Below, piece by piece: positions 22,859-31,282 of a stretch of DNA of 32,000 nucleotides (position 1 is the first letter of the stretch; each line of letters starts with the position of its first letter). This DNA comes from Longivirga aurantiaca. GTDB lineage: Bacteria; Actinomycetota; Actinomycetes; S36-B12; CAIYMF01. A program made the translations under genes and the position numbers. The stretch lies in the NCBI RefSeq assembly GCF_042660085.1, contig NZ_JBHSTI010000008.1:720001-752000 (forward strand). The letters are read 5' to 3'. Below the pieces are notes generated by a model. That model saw only the letters and a program-made list of their open reading frames with translations, was not told where the DNA came from and searched no databases.

Positions 22859-23619
22859 GCAGCTTCCGGCTCGACGGCAAGACCGCACTCGTCACCGGTG
22901 CCTCGCGCGGCATCGGCCGGTCGATCGCCGAGGCGTACGCCGACGCCGGTGCGGACGTCGCACTGCTCGCGCGCGACGCCGAGAAGCTCGGCGAGGTCGC
23001 CGCGGTGATCGAGGCCAAGGGACGCCGTGCCGTCGTCCTGCCGTGCGACGTGACCGACATCGAGGCCGTGCAGGCGTCGGTGGCCCGGGCCATCGCCGAG
23101 CTCGGCCACATCGACATCCTGGTCAACAACGCGGGCGGCAACTCGTTCTCGATGCCGCTGGCCGGCATGCGCTTCTCCGGCTGGGAGAAGACGCTGCGCC
23201 TCAACCTCGACTCCGTGGTGCACGTGCTGCAGGCGACGCTCCCGCACTTCCTCGAGCGGCACAGCGGAGTCGTCGTCAACATCGCGTCGGTTGCCGGCCT
23301 GCGCGGCGCCCCGATGATGAGCCACTACGGCGCCGCGAAGGCCGCGCTCCTCTCGCTGACGCAGTCGGTGGCCGTCGAGACCGCCTGGGCCGGCGTGCGG
23401 GTGAACGCGCTCGTGCCGGGCTGGATCGAGACCGAGCTGACCGACTTCCTGCGGGCCAACGAGGACGCCGAGAAGGGCACGCTCGCGCGCGTGCCGATGG
23501 CCCGCTGGGGCACCGCGCACGAGATCGCGGACCCGGCCGTGTTCCTGGCCTCGGACGCGTCGTCGTTCATGACCGGGCAGGCGCTGGTCGTCGACGGCGG
23601 CCTGTCGGCGATGCCCTGA
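22855..23619 (+). CDS. Short-chain dehydrogenase/reductase (FabG-like)
   Basis: GTG start overlaps the upstream TGA (GTGA). TGASRGIGRSIAEAYADAG; NNAGGNSFS; SVAGLRGAPMMSHYGAAKAAL (YxxxK). Confidence 0.92.
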   Translation: MSSFRLDGKTALVTGASRGIGRSIAEAYADAGADVALLARDAEKLGEVAAVIEAKGRRAVVLPCDVTDIEAVQASVARAIAELGHIDILVNNAGGNSFSMPLAGMRFSGWEKTLRLNLDSVVHVLQATLPHFLERHSGVVVNIASVAGLRGAPMMSHYGAAKAALLSLTQSVAVETAWAGVRVNALVPGWIETELTDFLRANEDAEKGTLARVPMARWGTAHEIADPAVFLASDASSFMTGQALVVDGGLSAMP

Positions 23620-23642
23620 CGGTCGTTCTGTAGGTTCATCGC

Positions 23643-24422
23643 ATGGCCCCCGCAGTCGTGCTCCTTCACGCATTCCCGCTCGACAAGCGCATGTGGGACG
23701 ACGTCGTCGGCCCGATCGCCGACAGCGGCTGGGACGTCGTCGTCCCCGACCTCATCGGCTTCGGCGAGTCCGTGCTCGACGAGGACGACCTCGACGAGAC
23801 GCCGTCGCTCGCCGCGCAGGCGCGCGGTGTGCTGAGCATCCTCGACCAGATCGGCCTGTCGAACGTCGTCGTGTGCGGGCTCTCGCTCGGCGGCTACGTG
23901 GCGATGGAGATGATCCGACAGGACCCGTCGCGCATCGCCGGCCTCGCGCTCGTCGACACCAAGGCGACGGCCGACACCGAGGAGGCTCGCGCCAACCGGC
24001 TGCGCGTCGCCGACCAGGTGCTGGAGTCGGAGTCGACCGAGGCGCTCTCGCGCGCCATGCTGCCGAACCTGCTCGGCGCCACCACGCACCAGACGCGGCC
24101 CGACGTGGTCGAGAAGGTGCGCGGCTGGATCCGCGAGGCCGACCCGATCGGCGTGGCGATCGCCCAGCGCGCGATGGCCGCCCGCCCCGACTCGCTCGCC
24201 GACCTCGCCTCGCTCGCCGTCCCCGGCCTCGTGCTGTGGGGGAGCGAGGACACCCTCTCGCCGCGCGCCGAGCAGGACCTCATGGTCGACGCCATGCGCG
24301 ACGCCCGCTTCGTCGAGATCCCCGGCTGCGGCCACCTCGCCGCCGTCGAGGCCCCCGAGGCCACCGCTGCCGCTCTCATCACGTTCCTGCGCGACGTCGA
24401 GCGCCTCCCCTCCGCGACTTGA
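23643..24422 (+). CDS. Alpha/beta hydrolase family protein
   Basis: VVLLHAFPLDKRMWDD; nucleophile elbow VVCGLSLGGYVAMEM; LWGSEDTLSP; GCGHLAAVEAPE. Confidence 0.92.
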   Translation: MAPAVVLLHAFPLDKRMWDDVVGPIADSGWDVVVPDLIGFGESVLDEDDLDETPSLAAQARGVLSILDQIGLSNVVVCGLSLGGYVAMEMIRQDPSRIAGLALVDTKATADTEEARANRLRVADQVLESESTEALSRAMLPNLLGATTHQTRPDVVEKVRGWIREADPIGVAIAQRAMAARPDSLADLASLAVPGLVLWGSEDTLSPRAEQDLMVDAMRDARFVEIPGCGHLAAVEAPEATAAALITFLRDVERLPSAT

Positions 24423-24428
24423 TCCCAG

Positions 24429-24480
24429 CGATTCGGTAGTGAGATCTCGCAGCGGACCGCGAGAACCCACTACCGAATCG
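24429..24480. terminator. Bidirectional hairpin between convergent genes
   Basis: Perfect 13-bp outer arms cgattcggtagtg / cactaccgaatcg, 3x3 internal loop, 6-bp inner arms tctcgc/gcgaga, 8-nt loop. Lies in the 70-nt gap between convergent stops at 24422 and 24493. Confidence 0.88.
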
Positions 24481-24492
24481 GGAGAGGCGAGG

Positions 24493-25830
24493 TCAGAGGT
24501 TGCGGAAGCGGTTGATCTCGGTGAGGTGCTTCGCGCGGAGCTCCTCGTCGCGGACGCCGAGGCCCTCCTCGGGGGCGAGGCAGAGCACACCGACCTTGCC
24601 CTGGTGCAGGTTGCGGTGCACGTCGTACGCCGCCTGCCCGGTCTGCTCGAGGCTGTAGGCCTTGGACAGCGTCGGGTGGATCTTGCCGCGCTGGATGAGG
24701 CGGTTGGCCTCCCACGCCTCGCGGTAGTTGGCGAAGTGCGAGCCGACGATGCGCTTCAGGTTCATCCAGAGGAAGCGGTTGTCGTACTCGTGCATGTAGC
24801 CCGAGGTCGACGCGCAGGTGACGATCGTGCCGCCCTTGCGGGCGACATAGACCGAGGCGCCGAACGTCTCGCGGCCCGGGTGCTCGAAGACGATGTCGAC
24901 GTCGTCGCCGCCGGTGAGCTCGCGGATCCTGGCTCCGAGCCGGCGCCACTCCTTCGGGTCCTGGGTGTGCTCGTCCTTCCAGAACGTGTAGCCCTCGGCC
25001 TTGCGGTCGATGATGAGCTCCGCGCCCATCGACCGGCAGATGTCGGCCTTGTCCTCGCTGGAGACGACGCACACCGGGGTCGCGCCGCCGTTGAGCGCCA
25101 TCTGCGTGGCGTAGGAGCCGAGACCGCCTGAGGCGCCCCAGATCAGGACGGTGTCGCCCTGCTTCATGCCGGCGCCGTTCTGCGACACGAGCTGGCGGTA
25201 CGCCGTGGAGTTCACGAGACCGGGCGAGGCCGCCTCCTCCCACGTCAGGTGCGTGGGCTTGTGCAGCAGCTGGTTGGCCTTGACGATCGCGAGCTCGGCG
25301 AGGCCGCCGAAGTTGGTCTCGTAGCCCCAGATGCGCTGCTCGGGGTCGAGCATCGTGTCGTTGTGGCCGAGCGGGCTCTCGAGCTCCACCGACAGGCAGT
25401 GCGCGACGACCTCGTCACCGGGGTTCCACGTGTGCACGCCGGGGCCGGTGCGCAGGACGACGCCCGCGAGGTCGGAGCCGATCACGTGGTACGGCAGGTC
25501 GTGCCGCTTGGCGATCGGGTTGGTGCGGCCGTAGCGCTCGAGGTAGCCGAAGGTGGAGACCGGCTCGAAGATCGCAGACCAGACGGTGTTGAAGTTCACC
25601 GCGCTCGCCATGACCGCCACGAGCGCCTCGCCCGGGCCGAGCTCGGGCACGGGGACGTCGTCGAGGTGCAGCGACTCGCGGGGGTCCTTCTCCCACGTGG
25701 ACTTGCCGGCGAACATCTCCTGCTCGTCCTTGTGCACGGTGATGCCGCGGTAGGACTCGGGGATCTGCAGGGCGGCGTAGTCCGCGCTGGTCGCGGTGCC
25801 GGACAGGATCGTGTCGAGGATGGTCTTCAC
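24493..25830 (-). CDS. ccr: Crotonyl-CoA carboxylase/reductase
   Basis: VNFNTVWSAIFEPVSTFGYLERYGR; WGYETNFGGLAELA; VLIWGASGGLGSYATQMA; FWKDEHTQDPKEWRR; DIVFEHPGRETFGASVYVARKGG. Confidence 0.95.
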   Translation of the reverse strand: MKTILDTILSGTATSADYAALQIPESYRGITVHKDEQEMFAGKSTWEKDPRESLHLDDVPVPELGPGEALVAVMASAVNFNTVWSAIFEPVSTFGYLERYGRTNPIAKRHDLPYHVIGSDLAGVVLRTGPGVHTWNPGDEVVAHCLSVELESPLGHNDTMLDPEQRIWGYETNFGGLAELAIVKANQLLHKPTHLTWEEAASPGLVNSTAYRQLVSQNGAGMKQGDTVLIWGASGGLGSYATQMALNGGATPVCVVSSEDKADICRSMGAELIIDRKAEGYTFWKDEHTQDPKEWRRLGARIRELTGGDDVDIVFEHPGRETFGASVYVARKGGTIVTCASTSGYMHEYDNRFLWMNLKRIVGSHFANYREAWEANRLIQRGKIHPTLSKAYSLEQTGQAAYDVHRNLHQGKVGVLCLAPEEGLGVRDEELRAKHLTEINRFRNL

Positions 25831-25993
25831 GTCGGCCTCCAGGGTCGGCGTACTGCTCGGGGAGCAGGTCGGTCGGTACGCGTCGGTCGCGTCCGTGAAC
25901 CGACGCTAACCAGGGCATGTACCGGGCCCATGAGGCAGGGTGCGACGGTTGACGCCGCAACCGCTTGCACCTGCGGGGCGCAGGCCGCGCGGG

Positions 25994-26446
25994 TCAGTGG
26001 TGCGCGCCGGCCGCGGGCTCGACGAGCTCGACGAGGACGCCGCCGCAATCCTTCGGGTGCACGAAGTTCACCCGTGAGTCCGCGGTGCCGCGCTTCGGCA
26101 CGTCGTACAGCAGGCGCAGGCCCGCTGCCCGCAACCGATCGGCGGCGACGTCGATGTCCGATACCCGGAACGCCACTTGCTGGATTCCCTCGCCGTTGCG
26201 CTCGAGGAACTTCCCGATGGGGGAGTCAGGCCGCAGCGGAGCCAGCAGCTGGATCGCGGAGTCGCCGATGCCGACCATCGCCTCGCGCACGCCCTGCTCC
26301 TCGTTCACCTCCTCGTGCAGGAGAGGGAGCCCGAAGGCGCGGCCGTAGAAGGCGACCGCCTCGTCCAGGTCTCGAACGGCGAACCCGACGTGGTCGATGG
26401 CGGTGACCACGGGGCCCAGGGCCTCGGCAGGGGTTGGGGTACTCAC
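25994..26446 (-). CDS. mce: Methylmalonyl-CoA (ethylmalonyl-CoA) epimerase
   Basis: [41 protein letters not shown]; [16 protein letters not shown]; [20 protein letters not shown] start. Confidence 0.94.
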   Translation of the reverse strand: MSTPTPAEALGPVVTAIDHVGFAVRDLDEAVAFYGRAFGLPLLHEEVNEEQGVREAMVGIGDSAIQLLAPLRPDSPIGKFLERNGEGIQQVAFRVSDIDVAADRLRAAGLRLLYDVPKRGTADSRVNFVHPKDCGGVLVELVEPAAGAHH

Positions 26447-26453
26447 GTGAGTA
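26440..26453. promoter_or_regulatory. Perfect 14-bp palindrome in the divergent mce/thiolase intergenic region
   Basis: TACTCACGTGAGTA, identical to its reverse complement, covering the annotated GTG start of mce. Confidence 0.45.
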
Positions 26454-26502
26454 TCGTGACAAGGCCAGGTACCGGTGTCTGCAGAAGGTCGGGGTAGTCA
26501 AC

Positions 26503-27690
26503 GTGGGAAACGTCATCGTCGCGGGTGCCCGTACGCCGATGGGTCGCCTGCTGGGTTCGCTCAAGGGATTCAGCGGCGCAGACCTCGGCGGCTTCGCCAT
26601 CAAGGGCGCGCTGGACCGTTCGGGCGTGGCGCCCGACCAGGTCGACTACGTGATCATGGGCCAGGTCATCCAGGCCGGCGCCGGGCAGATCACCGCCCGT
26701 CAGGCCGCTGTGAAGGCCGGCATCCCCATGGACGTGCCGGCCCTCACGATCAACAAGGTCTGCCTCTCCGGCCTCGACGCGATCGCGCTGGCCGACCAGC
26801 TCATCCGCGCGGGCGAGTTCGAGATCGTCGTCGCGGGCGGCATGGAGTCGATGACCAACGCGCCGCACCTGCTGCCGAAGAGCCGCGAGGGCTTCAAGTA
26901 CGGCGACGTGAACCTCGTCGACTCGATGGCCTTCGACGCGCTCACCTGTGCGTTCGACCAGGTCGCGATGGGCATCTCGACCGATAACCACAACGCGAAG
27001 TACCCCGCGGTCACGCGCGAGGCGCAGGACGCGTTCTCGGCCCGCTCGCACCAGCTCGCCGCGATCGCCCAGAAGAACGGCGTCTTCGCCGAGGAGATCG
27101 TGCCCGTCGAGATCCCGAGCCGTAAGGGCGACCCGATCGTCTTCTCCGAGGACGAGGGCATCCGCGCCGACACCACGGCCGAGTCCCTCGGCAAGCTCCG
27201 CCCGGCGTTCGCCAAGGACGGCACCATCACGGCCGGATCGTCGTCGCAGATCTCCGACGGCGCCGCTGCCGTCGTTGTGATGAGCAAGGAGAAGGCCGAG
27301 TCGCTCGGACTCACCTGGCTCGCCGAGATCGGCGCCCACGGCGTCGTTGCCGGTCCGGACGCCTCGCTGCAGGAGCAGCCGGCCAACGCGATCCTCAAGG
27401 CGCTCGCGCGCGAGAACCTCGAGGTGTCCGACCTCGACCTCGTGGAGATCAACGAGGCCTTCGCGGCGGTCGGCCTCGCGAGCACCGCCAAGCTCGGCAT
27501 CGACCCCGAGAAGGTCAACGTCAACGGCGGCGCCATCGCGCTCGGCCACCCCGTCGGCATGAGCGGCGCGCGCGTGGTGCTCCACCTCGCGCTCGAGCTC
27601 AAGCGGCGCGGCGGCGGTGTCGGTGCTGCAGCGCTCTGCGGCGGCGGCGGGCAGGGCGACGCCCTGGTCGTGCGCGTCCCGTCGGCCTGA
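26503..27690 (+). CDS. Acetyl-CoA C-acetyltransferase (thiolase)
   Basis: [17 protein letters not shown] (catalytic Cys), [73 protein letters not shown] at 26503 preferred. Confidence 0.95.
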   Translation: MGNVIVAGARTPMGRLLGSLKGFSGADLGGFAIKGALDRSGVAPDQVDYVIMGQVIQAGAGQITARQAAVKAGIPMDVPALTINKVCLSGLDAIALADQLIRAGEFEIVVAGGMESMTNAPHLLPKSREGFKYGDVNLVDSMAFDALTCAFDQVAMGISTDNHNAKYPAVTREAQDAFSARSHQLAAIAQKNGVFAEEIVPVEIPSRKGDPIVFSEDEGIRADTTAESLGKLRPAFAKDGTITAGSSSQISDGAAAVVVMSKEKAESLGLTWLAEIGAHGVVAGPDASLQEQPANAILKALARENLEVSDLDLVEINEAFAAVGLASTAKLGIDPEKVNVNGGAIALGHPVGMSGARVVLHLALELKRRGGGVGAAALCGGGGQGDALVVRVPSA

Positions 27691-27706
27691 CGGCGCTGAC
27701 CGACAG

Positions 27707-28675
27707 GTGGCCGTCGACGTCGACGACCTCGTCACGCGGGCGCGCGAGGGTCAGCCTCGCGCGGTCGCGCGGCTGATCTCGTTCGTCGAGGACGGCTCAC
27801 CCCTGCTGCGCGAGGTCACCGCCGCGCTCGCGCCGCACGCCGGCCGTGCCCACGTCATCGGGCTCACCGGCGCCCCCGGGGTCGGGAAGTCGACGTCGAC
27901 CTCGGCGATCGTCACGCGGCTGCGCGCCCGCGACCTCCGGGTCGGAGTGCTGGCGGTCGATCCGTCGTCGCCGTTCTCCGGCGGCGCGCTGCTCGGCGAC
28001 CGCGTGCGCATGCAGGAGCACGCGACCGACCCGCAGGTGTTCATCCGGTCGATGGCATCCCGCGGCCACCTGGGCGGCCTGTCGTGGGCTACCCCTCAGG
28101 CCGTGCGCGTGCTCGACGCCGCCGGCTGCGACATCGTCCTCGTGGAGACCGTCGGCGTCGGCCAGAGCGAGGTCGAGGTCGCGGGTGCTGCCGACACCAC
28201 CGTGGTGCTGCTCGCCCCGGGCATGGGCGACGGGATCCAGGCGGCCAAGGCGGGCATCCTCGAGATCGGCGACCTGTTCGTGGTCAACAAGGCCGACCGC
28301 GACGGCGCCGAGTCGACCGTGCGCGAGCTCCGGCACATGCTCACGCTCGGGGCGGGTCCGCGGTCAGGTCCCGCCGGCGACCGGTGGAAGCCGCCGGTCC
28401 TCAAGACCGTCGCCGCCAAGGGCGAGGGCGCCGAGGAGGTCGTCGAGGCGCTGTTCGAGCACCACGCCTGGCTCGAGCGCACCGGCGAGCTCGCCGGGCG
28501 CCGCCGCGCCCGGGCGGCGGTCGAGATCGAGGCGATCGCGTTCGGCATGCTGCGCGCCCGCATCGGCGACCTGCGCGGCGACGCCACGCTCGACGTGCTC
28601 GCCGAGCGCGTCGCCGCCGGCGACACCGACCCGTACGCCGCGGCCGACGTGCTCGTCGCCGGTCTCGCGCTCTAG
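27707..28675 (+). CDS. meaB: MeaB-type (ArgK family) GTPase, chaperone of B12-dependent mutases
   Basis: GLTGAPGVGKSTSTSAIV; VLAVDPSSPFSGGALLGDRVRMQEHATDPQVFIRSMASRGHLGGLS; IVLVETVGVGQSEVEVAGAADTTVVLLAPGMGDGIQAAKAGILEIGDLFVVNKAD. GTG start. Confidence 0.95.
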   Translation: MAVDVDDLVTRAREGQPRAVARLISFVEDGSPLLREVTAALAPHAGRAHVIGLTGAPGVGKSTSTSAIVTRLRARDLRVGVLAVDPSSPFSGGALLGDRVRMQEHATDPQVFIRSMASRGHLGGLSWATPQAVRVLDAAGCDIVLVETVGVGQSEVEVAGAADTTVVLLAPGMGDGIQAAKAGILEIGDLFVVNKADRDGAESTVRELRHMLTLGAGPRSGPAGDRWKPPVLKTVAAKGEGAEEVVEALFEHHAWLERTGELAGRRRARAAVEIEAIAFGMLRARIGDLRGDATLDVLAERVAAGDTDPYAAADVLVAGLAL

Positions 28676-28812
28676 ACGCCGTCGCTCTCGGTGCCGCCGC
28701 GAACGCTCACGGCGAGGGCCGCGAACGGTCGTGCTCGCGACCTACGTCGGCAGGAACTGCTGACCCGCGGCGCCTCGCGGACGCGGCTGCCCGGGGCTGC
28801 CAGGATGACGGC

Positions 28813-29598
28813 GTGCAGTTGACCCCGTCCGAGCGTGACCGGCTCCTGATCTTCACCGTGGCCGAGCTCGCGCGCGCCCGCCGTGCCCGCGGCCTCCGGC
28901 TCAACGTGCCGGAGGCGACCGCCCTCATCGCTGACACCGTGGCCGAGGCCGCGCGCGACGGCCGCCGGCACGCCGAAGCCATCGAGGTCGGCCGCTCGGT
29001 GCTCGGGCCCGACGACGTGCTGCCCGGCGTCGCCGACGTGCTGGCCGACGTCAAGGTCGAGGCCGTGTTCGACGACGGCACGCGGCTCGTGGTCGTGCCC
29101 GACCCGATCGGCGGGGGGCACCTCGGCCTCGGCGCCCCCGGTGCGATCGAGGTCGCGGCCGACCCGGACGCCGACCCGACCCTCGACGCCGAGCGCAGCG
29201 CGCGCCTCGACGTGATCGAGGTGGACGTGGCCAACACCGCGGCCGTGCCGATCACCGTCACCAGCCACTTCCACTTCTTCGAGGTCAACCCGCGCCTCGC
29301 GTTCGACCGGGGGGCGGCCTACGGCCGGCACCTCGACGTCGCATCAGGCAGCAGCACGCTCTTCCCGCCGGGGGAGACCGTCCGCGTGCGGCTCGTGCCC
29401 ATCCGCGGCGAGCGCGTCGTGATCGGCTTCGCCGGCCTCGTCGACGGTCCGCTCGACGCCCCCGGCGCGAAGGAGGGGGCGCTGGATCTGTTGCACGCCA
29501 CGGGATTCCTCGATACCGCGGTGGAGGGCGGCGACCCGGAGGGCGCCGTCGCCGCCGTACGACGTCACCTCGCGCAGCACCGTGAGGTGCAGGGATGA
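28813..29598 (+). CDS. ureAB: Urease gamma-beta fusion-like protein (UreA-UreB)
   Basis: N-terminal UreA-like QLTPSERDRLLIFTVAELARARRARGLRLNVPEATALIADTVAEAARDGR. C-terminal UreB-like PITVTSHFHFFEVNPRLAFDRGAAYGRHLDVASGSSTLFPPGE...VIGFAGLVDGPLD. GTG start. Confidence 0.9.
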   Translation: MQLTPSERDRLLIFTVAELARARRARGLRLNVPEATALIADTVAEAARDGRRHAEAIEVGRSVLGPDDVLPGVADVLADVKVEAVFDDGTRLVVVPDPIGGGHLGLGAPGAIEVAADPDADPTLDAERSARLDVIEVDVANTAAVPITVTSHFHFFEVNPRLAFDRGAAYGRHLDVASGSSTLFPPGETVRVRLVPIRGERVVIGFAGLVDGPLDAPGAKEGALDLLHATGFLDTAVEGGDPEGAVAAVRRHLAQHREVQG

Positions 29599-29611
29599 TG
29601 GAGGGCGAGGC

Positions 29612-31282
29612 ATGACGCTCAACCCGGCGGCCCACGCCGAGACGTACGGCCCGCGCAGCGGCGACCGCGTGCGCCTCGGCGACACCGGCCTCGTCGTGCA
29701 GGTGCAGGCGCACAGCCAGCCGGACGACGACGAGTTCCTCCTCGGCTTCGGCAAGACCGGGCGCGACGGCATCGGCCTGCGCGCGGTGACGACGGCCGAG
29801 TCGTGCGACGTCGTGATCACCAACGTCCTCGTGCTCGACGCGGTCCTCGGCATCCGGACGGCCAGCATCGGCATCCGCGACGGCCGCATCCTCGCCGTCG
29901 GGCGTGCCGGCAACCCGGACACCACCGACGACGTCGACGTCGTGGTCGGCACCGGCACGGTCGTCATCAACGGCGAGGGGCTCATCGCCACCGCCGGCGC
30001 GGTCGACACGCATGTGCACCTGCTCTCGCCGCGGGTGATGGAGGCGGCGCTCGCGAGCGGCGTCACGACCGTGATCGGCCAGGAGTTCGGCCCGTTCTGG
30101 GGCGTCGGCGTCAACGCTGCCGCGCCCCTGCGCACGGCGTACGCCGCCTTCGACGCGTACCCCATCAACGTCGGTCTGCTCGGCCGAGGCTCGGCCAGCC
30201 GCACCGGCACCATGCTCGAGGGCATCGAGGCCGGTGTCTGCGGCTTCAAGGTGCACGAGGACACCGGCGCGCACCTGCGCTCGCTCGACACCTGCCTCAC
30301 GGTGGCCGAGGAGCACGACGTGCAGGTGGCCGTGCACACCGACGGCCTCAACGAGGGCCTGTCCGTCGACGACACGCTCGCGGTGTCGGACGGCCGGGTC
30401 TTCCACGCGTACCACGTGGAGGGCTGCGGCGGCGGGCACACGCCCGACGTGCTGCGCCTCGCCGGCGTCCCGCACGTGCTCGCGTCGTCGACCAACCCCA
30501 CGCTGCCGTACGGCCGCGACGCGGTCGCCGAGCACTTCGCGATGATCATGACGGTGCACGCGCTCAAGCCCGACCTCCCGGGCGACGCCGACATCGTCCG
30601 CGCCCGCGTGCGCGCCGCAACGATGGCGGCGGAGAACGTGCTGCACGACCGCGGCGTCATCCCGATCACGAGCAGCGACGCCCAGGGCATGGGGCGGGCG
30701 GGCGAGACCGTGCGGCGCACCTTCCAGCTCGCGTCGGTGCTGAAGCCTGCGGACGACGACAGCCCGCACGACAACGACCGCGTGCTGCGCTACCTCGCGA
30801 AGCTCACGATCAACCCCGCTCTGGCGCACGGGCTCTCGCACGAGGTCGGCTCGCTGCAGCCGGGTCGGATGGCCGACATCGTGCTGTGGTCGCCCGCGAC
30901 GTTCGGCGCCAAGCCCTACCTGGTGCTGAAGTCGGGGCTGCCGGCCTGGGGCACGGTCGGCGACCCGAACTCGGTCATCGACATCGCCGAGCCTCGCCAG
31001 ATCGCCGCGCAGTTCGGCGGCATCGGCGGTGCCGCGGTCGACCTCGCCGTCGTCTTCACCAACCGCGCCGCGGTCGACTCCGGCAGCGACGTGTTCCCCA
31101 CCCGCCGTCGCCGCGTGGCCGTGCGGGGCTGCCGCGATGTCGGGCTCGGCTCGATGGTCGGGCACCGTGCGTCGGCGTCCGTCGTGGTGGACCCGCGCGG
31201 GGGAGAGGTGCACCTCGACGGCGAACGCCTCGCCATGGACCCCGTGCAGCAGGTGCCGCTCTCGCGGCTGTACTTCCTGTAG
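29612..31282 (+). CDS. ureC: Urease alpha subunit-like protein (divergent UreC)
   Basis: YGPRSGDRVRLGDTGL; DTHVHLLSP; GFKVHEDTGAHL; HTDGLNEG; YHVEGCGGGHTPDVL; SSTNPTLPY; SSDAQGMGR; AKLTINPALAHGLSHEVGSLQPGRMADIVLWSP. Confidence 0.88.
   Translation: MTLNPAAHAETYGPRSGDRVRLGDTGLVVQVQAHSQPDDDEFLLGFGKTGRDGIGLRAVTTAESCDVVITNVLVLDAVLGIRTASIGIRDGRILAVGRAGNPDTTDDVDVVVGTGTVVINGEGLIATAGAVDTHVHLLSPRVMEAALASGVTTVIGQEFGPFWGVGVNAAAPLRTAYAAFDAYPINVGLLGRGSASRTGTMLEGIEAGVCGFKVHEDTGAHLRSLDTCLTVAEEHDVQVAVHTDGLNEGLSVDDTLAVSDGRVFHAYHVEGCGGGHTPDVLRLAGVPHVLASSTNPTLPYGRDAVAEHFAMIMTVHALKPDLPGDADIVRARVRAATMAAENVLHDRGVIPITSSDAQGMGRAGETVRRTFQLASVLKPADDDSPHDNDRVLRYLAKLTINPALAHGLSHEVGSLQPGRMADIVLWSPATFGAKPYLVLKSGLPAWGTVGDPNSVIDIAEPRQIAAQFGGIGGAAVDLAVVFTNRAAVDSGSDVFPTRRRRVAVRGCRDVGLGSMVGHRASASVVVDPRGGEVHLDGERLAMDPVQQVPLSRLYFL

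Noticed and set aside
28084-28812. N-terminal half of the 504 aa ORF containing UreAB, overlapping meaB in another frame
   Set aside because: Arg/Gly-rich out-of-frame translation of meaB. The real start is the GTG at 28813 where UreA similarity begins.
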